A stretch of 64,000 nucleotides of DNA from Bacteroidales bacterium (GTDB lineage Bacteria > Bacteroidota > Bacteroidia > Bacteroidales > UBA932): contig JAFZZW010000088.1 in the NCBI GenBank assembly GCA_017615615.1, positions 395 through 64,394 of the forward strand, in the 5' to 3' direction. Positions 39,519 to 47,172 of this stretch are shown here, piece after piece (positions within the stretch are counted from its first letter, which is position 1; every line of letters begins with the position of its first letter). The notes under the pieces are model-generated. The model was not told the origin of the DNA. It made no database searches and was given only the letters and a program-made list of their open reading frames with translations. The translations under genes were made by a program, and so were the position numbers.

Positions 39519-40748
39519 CTATTTGCCGTTGTATCGGCCGGCGAACAGGATTGCGCCAGAGCTGTTTTCCGTGATAAAATAAAGGAACGGATGGTCTGCG
39601 TGGAAGATCACGGTGCCCTCGGGATCGAAGCCGACAGATGTATTTTTGATGACGCCAATCGATACGGCAGCAGCCTCGGAACCTTCTTCATCGACCTTGA
39701 TGATGGCTTTCTGCTTAATCATATCGATGCAGACGAATTCCTTCGTCATAGCGGAGAAGTCAGCTATCGGTCCGAAGGCGGTCGGCATTCCGAGTTTGGA
39801 GAGCATTTCGGTCAGATCGGCCTCGAACTTGCTTTCGAACTTTGGAAGCCACAGCTGGACCTGACGGCTCGACATGGAACCGGCCAGACTCTTCCACCCG
39901 GTTTTGTTGAGCGAAGCAATAACGTCGGAGACGGTGTTTCCTTCTTGAGGAAGGGCGACGATCATGGAGAATGAACCGTTACCGTATGGCAGACGGACTG
40001 CACGGAATACGTTATTCGAAGCGTAGGCGAACTGTTCTTCCTTCTTCATCATCTTCTGCTTGATCTTTTCTCCTGGTTTGCTGATGAACGGTTCCTCGGC
40101 TGTGGCTGCCTTGTCGAAAGTCTTTACCCATTTGCTCTTGAAATACAAGGCGTTCATCAGGACCGCATAGGTCTGGGGGGAAAGGTCGTCGAGTATTTTG
40201 GGGATGAGTCCGTTGGTGTTCCTGTTGCACCAGCCGTTGATTTTGCTGAGAGCAAGAGAGGTGTTGGAGAAATCAACGCTCTCCACATATGCTTCATAAT
40301 AGTTGGCGACGGTATTCTTGTAGCTGGCAAGTAAGTCTCCTCTTTTGGCGACCATGATTGCGTTGGCAATCTTAAGCGTGGTCTTGTCGTCCAGTTTGGG
40401 GAGCTGGGTAAGCATGGATTTGCAGTACTCGTTGACGGAACCGGTCTCGCCGGCACCGTAACCGAGGACCTCGCAGATTTCGTCCGCCGTCTGGCCTTTT
40501 GCGCCGTTGAGAATCATCCCGAGAAGATACTGAAGGCTTAGAGGGGAAATGACGTAGCTGCCTTCTTCCGCCTCGTTTATCTTCTCCATGAAACTAAGGG
40601 AGAAGTCGTTTCCCTTTTGGATGTATTCTGCAGCTTTCGTGCTGAGTCTCAATTCTTTGAAGTTGTCGTCACCGCCGTCTATCACAGCCGGATTACAACC
40701 GGCGACAATCATCGCCGCGGCAGCAAAAAGAAGGATGTATCTACGCAT
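39519..40748 (-). CDS. Serpin (serine protease inhibitor), lipoprotein
   Basis: VAGC lipobox; ISPLSL, INGWC.RNT.G.I, NALYFK..W, LPKF, EEGSEAAAV hinge, FHADHPFLY.I. Confidence 0.95.
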   Translation of the reverse strand: MRRYILLFAAAAMIVAGCNPAVIDGGDDNFKELRLSTKAAEYIQKGNDFSLSFMEKINEAEEGSYVISPLSLQYLLGMILNGAKGQTADEICEVLGYGAGETGSVNEYCKSMLTQLPKLDDKTTLKIANAIMVAKRGDLLASYKNTVANYYEAYVESVDFSNTSLALSKINGWCNRNTNGLIPKILDDLSPQTYAVLMNALYFKSKWVKTFDKAATAEEPFISKPGEKIKQKMMKKEEQFAYASNNVFRAVRLPYGNGSFSMIVALPQEGNTVSDVIASLNKTGWKSLAGSMSSRQVQLWLPKFESKFEADLTEMLSKLGMPTAFGPIADFSAMTKEFVCIDMIKQKAIIKVDEEGSEAAAVSIGVIKNTSVGFDPEGTVIFHADHPFLYFITENSSGAILFAGRYNGK

Positions 40749-40815
40749 TTTTTTATTTGTTAAAGACAGTTGGAGGTCCAATCTTGCATATACAAGTTGT
40801 AAATATAGAAATAAA

Positions 40816-41793
40816 ATGAGACAAACTAATCATCTGTGCCTCTCGTCGCATGACGAAGTCATGTACCGGAATGAAGAGGACCTGATAATGGGTTTCAACA
40901 GCCTTGCTCTTGCTGTTATTGAAACCGAGTCCCGATTGTTGGCTGAGGCATTCATGCCTACTCATAACCACAAGGTCATTCAGTCAGATTGTCCGGAGGA
41001 TCTATTCAGGAAAGAGCGGTATACTTATACAAGGTACTTCAATGCCAAATACCATCGACGGGGCAGATTAGGCGAAAGGCATTGCTTTCAGTTGACCGTA
41101 GAGGGAGTTCATCATACTCAAACCTTGCTGAATTATGTCATCCGGCAAGGCATTCATCACGGTCTGGTATCCACTCCGTTTGAATACAAGCATTGTTCCG
41201 CCAATTGCTTCTTCAAAAAAGAGCTTGGGAGACTGGCCGATTCAGCCCTGATCAAGGAGGAGTTGGAGTATAAATATCTCCCGGAGCACAAGAAAATCCC
41301 CCTCGGATATCATATGGGCGCTGATGGATTATTATTACGGGACGATGTGGTGGATTCGAAATATGTTCAGGAAATATATATCACAGCGAGGAACTTTCTG
41401 TTTCAGATGAACAAATTGACAGACGAAAAAGCAGTGCAGATTCAGCAGGAAGAGAATGAGAGTCCGCCAGTAACGCTGGATATGTTGGAACGCGGAGTGC
41501 AAGAATACGATTATCAAAAGGCCCTGGTTAACGAGCAAGGGCGCGTCAACAACAACATCCTGACAGATCTTGAGATGTGTCATGTCATTGATGAAAAAAT
41601 ACTGCCGAGGTATTTCAAGGATAATGAAGAGCGTTCAATATACAGTCTTCCTGAGTCGAAAAGGGCCGAAATTGGGAATGCCCTGTGGCTGGAATCACGA
41701 GATTCGTTTGGACGGCACGGAAAGAACATTCTCTGCAACAAGAAAACCAGCCCTGCCCAAATTCGGAGATGCCTAGCTCTCAACAATCGATAG
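40816..41793 (+). CDS. RAYT/TnpA(REP)-like Y1 HUH nuclease with long C-terminal extension
   Basis: FMPTHNH (HUH), YTRYFNAKYHRRGRLG, NYVIRQGIHHGLVSTPFEYKHCS (variant of YI..NP...GL...P.DY.WSS). Confidence 0.82.
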   Translation: MRQTNHLCLSSHDEVMYRNEEDLIMGFNSLALAVIETESRLLAEAFMPTHNHKVIQSDCPEDLFRKERYTYTRYFNAKYHRRGRLGERHCFQLTVEGVHHTQTLLNYVIRQGIHHGLVSTPFEYKHCSANCFFKKELGRLADSALIKEELEYKYLPEHKKIPLGYHMGADGLLLRDDVVDSKYVQEIYITARNFLFQMNKLTDEKAVQIQQEENESPPVTLDMLERGVQEYDYQKALVNEQGRVNNNILTDLEMCHVIDEKILPRYFKDNEERSIYSLPESKRAEIGNALWLESRDSFGRHGKNILCNKKTSPAQIRRCLALNNR

Positions 41794-41803
41794 GACTGAT
41801 TCG

Positions 41804-42213
41804 CGAGGACGATGTGGAAGGTCTCACGTTGTCTTCGCACGCAGAAAAGGAGCGGAACGGTGGCAAAACTGCTCGCGAAGACGATGTGGAAGGGCCCACG
41901 TTGTCTTCGTGCGCAAGGAGCGGGAGCAGGGAGATGTTCGCCAAAACTGTGGCCGCCCATGGCCGCATGAATGGGAGGGATGGAGCGAAGCGGAAGTTTT
42001 GCGAACATCTTCCTGCGGCAGCGACAGAACAATCGCGAGGACGATGTGGAAGGTCTCACGTTGTCTTCGCATGCGGAAAAGGAGCGGAACGGCGGCAAAA
42101 CTGCTCGCGAGGACGATGTGGCGAGTCTCACGTTGTCTTCGTGCGCAGAAAAGGAGCGGAATGGCGGCAAAACCGTTCCCGAAGACGATGTGGGGAGCGC
42201 CACGTTGTCTTCG
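41804..42213. repeat. Array C: five hairpin repeats, inverted relative to B, with one linker replaced by an insertion
   Basis: CGARGACGATGT-N10-ACGTTGTCTTCG at 41804, 41876, 42036, 42108, 42180. Confidence 0.95.
41926..42016 (-). repeat. Long-arm inverted-repeat element, copy 2 (nested in array C)
   Basis: Arms 41926-41948 / 41995-42016; its reverse complement shares CCCTCCCATTCATGCGGCCATGGGCGGCCACAGTTTT with copy 3. Confidence 0.85.
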
Positions 42214-42270
42214 CGCAAAGGTGGAAGGAGTTTGGCGGGGAAAAGAATCTCGGAGGAACGAGGAAGAACC

Positions 42271-43998
42271 TTACCAGCCGAGGACGGCCTGGCGGGAGGA
42301 GTAGGGGGCGGCTTCGGCGGAGGTGAGGACCTTGCCGAAGGCGTTACGGCCGGAGGTGGCGTCGGTGCCGGAGGACGTTACGCTGCCGTACTCTTTCCAG
42401 CCGGAGCCGGCGGTGGGGGAGGATGGATTCGGGGCCGGCGAGGCTTTCCACCCCACCGGGGCGATAACCGGTGCCATAGTACAGCCGATGTATGTGACGT
42501 TGTCCCAGCATTCGGACTGACCGGAGGAACGGGCGAGGTACATCGAGCCGTCCTTTACCCCGTCTTCGGCGGTAAGCCTGCAGTTGAGGAAAACGAACCC
42601 CTTGTCGGAGGCGGACTGCACGCGGGCCTGGACGATATAACCTGCGTCGCGTGAGCGGATTTCGCAATCCTCGAACAGGCAGGCCTTGGGGTAGCCCCAG
42701 ATGAAGTCGCAGTGCCCCGCGATGAGGGAGTTATGCACCCACACCACCCCCTTGCAAAGGAATGTGTCCTGATACGACAGCAGCGAGCAGTTTTCCACGG
42801 TTAGCCGGTGCGAATTGCTTCCGGAGTTGAAGTAGATGGCTTCCGCCTGTCCTTTCAGCTCGCCGAAGCTGTTTTCCAGCGTGAGGTCCTGCAGCGTGAG
42901 GTTGTCGCAGTTCTCCACCAGGAATACGCCGCGGCCGCCGCTGGCACCGAGCTTCGAGCCCAAAGCCGGACGCGCTGAAGTATGGGAGCCGGAGCCGTTC
43001 TCGTAGGACTCGTTGTTGGGGTAGGAAATGCGTACGCCCTCCCGGGATTCGCCCTTGAGCGTCAGGCCGGTCTTGTCCCGGGCGTACAGAAGCTCATGAT
43101 ACGTTCCGTTCGCAATGGAAATGACGGCTCCGCTCTTGGCCGCAAAGTCGATGGCCCGCTGGATGGTGCAGAAGTCCCCGCTGCCGTCGGCCGCGACCCT
43201 GAGGGACGAAGCGTCCGAAGGTGCGCCGGCGGTGGTAAACTTCCACTCTCCTTCGCCTATTCCGTCATGCCCCTCGATTACCCCGGCATCGACTGTGACA
43301 TAATATTCGGTGTCGAAGTCCAGAACGCCGCTGTGCGGCCTTACGATCAGGGATTTGCCATCAACGGAAATGGGAGTGCAGTGTACCGGACGCCAGTTGC
43401 CGTCGCAGGGCAGCGCATCCAGGAAAGTGTGGAACTTGCTGTCGGATGTCAGCTGCTCTGCGGGCACGGTGAAGCCGTCGTCGCGGCGTTTCATCATGGC
43501 CATGTCGGCAAGGTCGATGCGGTCCGCCTCGGTACCGCCGCTTGTGAAGATTCTGATGATTCCTGCCGCGCCAAGCACGGGAACGGCGTCCAGCTCAAGC
43601 ACGAGAGCTGCGTCTACGCAGATCCTGTCGGAGCCTGGTTCCGGGGCCGTCCCTTCGGTCCTGGCCTCGATCGGTTCGCTCCAGGGGGAGTAACGCTGCC
43701 CTTCGCCTGCGCATACCGAGAAAAAGTACGTGGTACCTTTTCTCAGATCGGGGATGCTGACGTTGCGAGTGCCGGAGGTGCCCTGGGCCACGGCGTTGCC
43801 GTCGAGGGTCAGTTTCCAGACGTAAAAGCCCGCGCCCTCGACCGCCTTCCACTGAAAGGTCAGGCTGGTTTCCGTGGCGCTGTGCAGGACAACGTTCTGC
43901 GGCACGCCAAGTTCAGTCATCGGCTCCGGGTCGACAGGCTTCTCCTTGCAACCCGTCAGGGCCGCCATCAGCGCGGCAAGCATCAGAATCTTTTTCAT
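42271..43998 (-). CDS. Pectin methylesterase (CE8) lipoprotein with FN3 and Ig-like domains
   Basis: LTGC lipobox; VAADGSGDF.TIQ.AI, GTY.E, QAEA, YQDT, DFIWG, YLAR. Confidence 0.92.
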   Translation of the reverse strand: MKKILMLAALMAALTGCKEKPVDPEPMTELGVPQNVVLHSATETSLTFQWKAVEGAGFYVWKLTLDGNAVAQGTSGTRNVSIPDLRKGTTYFFSVCAGEGQRYSPWSEPIEARTEGTAPEPGSDRICVDAALVLELDAVPVLGAAGIIRIFTSGGTEADRIDLADMAMMKRRDDGFTVPAEQLTSDSKFHTFLDALPCDGNWRPVHCTPISVDGKSLIVRPHSGVLDFDTEYYVTVDAGVIEGHDGIGEGEWKFTTAGAPSDASSLRVAADGSGDFCTIQRAIDFAAKSGAVISIANGTYHELLYARDKTGLTLKGESREGVRISYPNNESYENGSGSHTSARPALGSKLGASGGRGVFLVENCDNLTLQDLTLENSFGELKGQAEAIYFNSGSNSHRLTVENCSLLSYQDTFLCKGVVWVHNSLIAGHCDFIWGYPKACLFEDCEIRSRDAGYIVQARVQSASDKGFVFLNCRLTAEDGVKDGSMYLARSSGQSECWDNVTYIGCTMAPVIAPVGWKASPAPNPSSPTAGSGWKEYGSVTSSGTDATSGRNAFGKVLTSAEAAPYSSRQAVLGW

Positions 43999-44008
43999 AA
44001 ATCGATGG

Positions 44009-44128
44009 GATTTCTCGACTTCGCTCGAAATGACAGGAGTTTTCAAGATTTCTCGACTCCGCTCGAAATGACAGGCGGAGCCCCCCCTTATTTGTCATTT
44101 CGACCGAGCGAAGCGAGTGGAGAAATCT
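44009..44128. repeat. Cluster of three family-1 REP copies
   Basis: 44009-44035 (-), 44046-44073 (-), 44093-44128 (+). Confidence 0.88.
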
Positions 44129-45578
44129 AATCTTCTACCGGTTTGTACTTCGGTACGAGCGACTTCATGATGGTCCAGGCAATCAGGTACGCAAGGCCGC
44201 AGAAGCAGAACATGATGAAGTATCCGGCGGGCTTGCCCTCAAACCCGAGGAAACGGAACGCGGTGCCCTGGGCTTCGGCGTAGGTGAAGAGGTTTCCGGC
44301 GACTTTCTGGATAATCATCGATCCGAGACCTCCCGCCATGGCTCCGATACCCGTAATGGTGGCGACTGTGCTCTTGGGGAACATGTCACCGGTGGTGGAG
44401 AAGAGGTTGGCGCTCCATGCCTGATGCCCGGCGCCTGCCAGACCTATGAGGATGGCGGGCCACCAGGGAGAGTTGAAGTGGACTCCGAGAGGCTGTGCGA
44501 GCAGCGCGGCCAGCGGAAAGAAAGCGAAGATGAGCATCGAGAGCATACGTCCGGCATAAGGATGCATACCCTTCTTGTCCACGAATACCTTGGGCAGATA
44601 GCCCCCGCCGATGGAAATCACCGTCACGATGAGATACAGGGTGAAGATGAGCCATTGTCCCAGGGGGGACGTGGCTGGCGCGTGGAACTGGTTGCTGAAG
44701 TAGGAGGGCGCCCAGAACAGGAAGAACCACCATACGCCGTCGGTGAAGAATTTGCCGGCGATGAAGCTCCATGTCTGCTTGTACTTGAAGCACTTCAGGA
44801 ACGGGATCGATTTCTCTTCTGCGGCGGCAGCTTTGGCTGCAGCTTCTTCGGCGTCGTCCTGATGGATGTATTCCAGCTCGGCTTCGTTGACCCTCTTGCT
44901 CTTCTCGGGCTTGTCGTACATGAAGGCCCAGAAGAACATCCAGATGAATCCGAGTCCGCCGATGATGACGAAGGCCATTTCCCAGCCGAACCTGACGGCC
45001 AGCGGCGGTATCAGAAGCGGTGCCGCGAGTGCTCCCACGGAAGCTCCGGCGTTGAATATCGAAGTGGCGAACGCCCTGTCCTTTTTGGGGAAGTATTCTG
45101 CGGTGACCTTGATGGCGGCGGGGAAGTTGCCGGCCTCGCCGAGTGCAAGGATGCCGCGGCACAGGAGGAACAGGTAGACCGATGTGGTCGATATCGCCAG
45201 GGCTGCGTTGGAGCCGGCTTCCACGGCCCGCATGGCGGCGACGCTGTCGAGCCCGGCGATGTGGGCGGTAGCCCAACCGCAGGCTGCGTGGAGGCACGCG
45301 CCGGCGGACCATACGCCGATGGCGATGAGATAGCCTTTCTTTGTGCCCATCCAGTCCACGAATTTGCCTGCAAAGAGGCAGCAGATGGCGTAGAAGATGG
45401 AGAAGAAGCTGGTGATGGTGCCGTAGTTGGCATCGGTCCAGTGGAACTCAGGCTTGATGAACTCTTCGTAAGTAAGCGAGAGCACCTGCCTGTCAAGGTA
45501 GTTGACGGTAGTGGCTACAAAAAGCAGGCTGCACAGCCACCAGCGCCAGTTTGTCATCAATTTCGTTTGCGTACTCAT
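44127..45578 (-). CDS. exuT: MFS hexuronate transporter
   Basis: RWW.C.LLF.ATTVNYLDRQ, GEAGNFPAAIK..AEYFPKKDRA, GKFFTDGVWWFFLFW, HQAWSAN. Confidence 0.92.
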   Translation of the reverse strand: MSTQTKLMTNWRWWLCSLLFVATTVNYLDRQVLSLTYEEFIKPEFHWTDANYGTITSFFSIFYAICCLFAGKFVDWMGTKKGYLIAIGVWSAGACLHAACGWATAHIAGLDSVAAMRAVEAGSNAALAISTTSVYLFLLCRGILALGEAGNFPAAIKVTAEYFPKKDRAFATSIFNAGASVGALAAPLLIPPLAVRFGWEMAFVIIGGLGFIWMFFWAFMYDKPEKSKRVNEAELEYIHQDDAEEAAAKAAAAEEKSIPFLKCFKYKQTWSFIAGKFFTDGVWWFFLFWAPSYFSNQFHAPATSPLGQWLIFTLYLIVTVISIGGGYLPKVFVDKKGMHPYAGRMLSMLIFAFFPLAALLAQPLGVHFNSPWWPAILIGLAGAGHQAWSANLFSTTGDMFPKSTVATITGIGAMAGGLGSMIIQKVAGNLFTYAEAQGTAFRFLGFEGKPAGYFIMFCFCGLAYLIAWTIMKSLVPKYKPVED

Positions 45579-45594
45579 AACAATGATACTGTAC

Positions 45595-45716
45595 GCAGAA
45601 GCGGAGTGCCCTGAAAAACCTTCGGACTCTGCGAGTCCTCGTCCCTCCCGCAAGCGGGCCCCTCCCATTCATGCGGCCATGGGCGGCCACAGTTTTTCAG
45701 GACACTCCGCTTCTGC
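45595..45716 (+). repeat. Long-arm inverted-repeat element, copy 3
   Basis: 25-bp arms (45595-45619 / 45692-45716, one mismatch) around the same core. Confidence 0.85.
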
Positions 45717-47159
45717 TTAATCTACTATCGCTTCGACTGCCGCTCTCATTCCTTCCATCCGGATGAGTGCGAGGGCCTTGGTGAGGAGGCGCTCAAGGCC
45801 GGGGACGGCCCGGAGGTCTTCGCCCCAGATGAACTCGGCGCTGAGCACTCCGGAGGCCACCTTGGCAACGTCGCCGGTAGCCCAGAGCTCTTTCAGCAGG
45901 CCGGTTATCTTTTCGTCATCCTGGGGAACGATTTCGTCTTCGCCCCTCTTGCCTCCCTTGTAGTAGGTGCAGATGGCGGCGAGGCCGAGTACAAGGCCTG
46001 TGGGAAGTTCGCCCTTGCGCCCAAGATAGGTCTTGAGGCCGGGGAGGTCGCGGGTCTTGAACTTGGGGAAGGAGTTGAGCATGATGGATGTCACAAAGTG
46101 CTTGACGAACGGGTTGCGGAAGCGCTCCATGACGTCGGAGGCAAACTTCTCGAGCTCTTCCTTGGGAAGGTTGAGTGTGGGGAGGAGCTCCTCGAACATC
46201 ACCTTGTGAACGAATTTCCCGATGAGAGGGTCCTCGCAGCATTCCTTGACGGTGTTGAGGCCGCTGAGGTATCCTACGGGGCTCAGTACGGTGTGCGGAC
46301 CGTTGAGGAGCGTGACTTTCCTCTCGTGGTAAGGGGCCTCGCTGGGAACGAAGAGCACGTTGAGGCCTGCCTTGTCGGCGGGGAACTCCTCGGCTACGCA
46401 TGCCGGCGCCTCGATTACCCAGAGATGGAAAATCTCGGCCTTGTCCAGCAGACGGTCGTCGTAACCAGCCCTCTCGCAGAGTTGCGCGGCATTGTCGCGG
46501 GGATATCCGGGGACGATGCGGTCGACAAGGGTGCTGTACACGCCGCAGCTCTGTTCGAACCATTTCGCAAAGCCCTCGGGGAGCTTCCAAAGGTCGATGT
46601 ACTGGCGGATGCACTCCTTGAGGTGCTTGCCGTTCTCGAAAATAAGTTCGCAGGGGAAGATGATAAGGCCCTTCGCAGGGTCGCCCTTGAAGTGCTCCCA
46701 GCGGTGATACAGCAATTGGGTGAGTTTGCCGGGGTAGGAAGAACAGGGGGCGTCGTCAATCTTGCATGCGGGGTCGAATGCTATACCGGCCTCCGTGGTG
46801 TTGGAGATCACGAAACGCATCTCCGGCTGCTCTGCGAGCTTGAGATATGCGGTGAAATCGGTGTAGGGATTGATTCCGCGGGAAATGACGTCGATCAGGT
46901 CGACGCTGTCTACAGGCTGTCCGTTCTGCAAGCCCTGCAGGTTGAGGTGGTACAGGCCGTCCTGCTCGTTGAGCCATTCCACCATACCCTTTTCAATGGG
47001 CTGTACGACGACGACGCTGCCGCCGAAGTCTGTTTTCTGGTTGGTCTTCCAGATTATCCATTCGATGAACGCACGGAGGAAGTTGCCTTCTCCGAACTGG
47101 ATGACCTTCTCTGTGTACTGTTTGGCCTGAGGGGCCGATTTGCGGTTAAGTCTTTCCAT
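45717..47159 (-). CDS. uxaB: Tagaturonate reductase (altronate oxidoreductase)
   Basis: QFGEGNFLRAF, SNTTEAGI, PCELI, TLVDRIVPG, RKV.LLNG.H, RFRNPF. Confidence 0.97.
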   Translation of the reverse strand: MERLNRKSAPQAKQYTEKVIQFGEGNFLRAFIEWIIWKTNQKTDFGGSVVVVQPIEKGMVEWLNEQDGLYHLNLQGLQNGQPVDSVDLIDVISRGINPYTDFTAYLKLAEQPEMRFVISNTTEAGIAFDPACKIDDAPCSSYPGKLTQLLYHRWEHFKGDPAKGLIIFPCELIFENGKHLKECIRQYIDLWKLPEGFAKWFEQSCGVYSTLVDRIVPGYPRDNAAQLCERAGYDDRLLDKAEIFHLWVIEAPACVAEEFPADKAGLNVLFVPSEAPYHERKVTLLNGPHTVLSPVGYLSGLNTVKECCEDPLIGKFVHKVMFEELLPTLNLPKEELEKFASDVMERFRNPFVKHFVTSIMLNSFPKFKTRDLPGLKTYLGRKGELPTGLVLGLAAICTYYKGGKRGEDEIVPQDDEKITGLLKELWATGDVAKVASGVLSAEFIWGEDLRAVPGLERLLTKALALIRMEGMRAAVEAIVD

Positions 47160-47172
47160 TTTTTCTATGTGT

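Larger units (their letters stand above)
38415..42213. mobile_element. Putative composite REPtron-like unit: array B - HTH - serpin - RAYT-like nuclease - inverted array C
   Basis: HUH/Y1 nuclease gene enclosed by two related arrays in inverted orientation; interrupts a pectin locus; interior is more AT-rich than flanks. Confidence 0.6.

Noticed and set aside
40816-41793. IS200/IS605 element with TnpB or IscB
   Set aside because: The protein is far longer than IS200 TnpA, no RuvC or zinc-finger motifs are seen, and there is no partner nuclease gene
38415-42213. TIGR-Tas or IS110 bridge-RNA system
   Set aside because: No Nop-domain or DEDD recombinase is visible and no box C/D-like dual-repeat pattern; the adjacent enzyme is HUH/Y1 type
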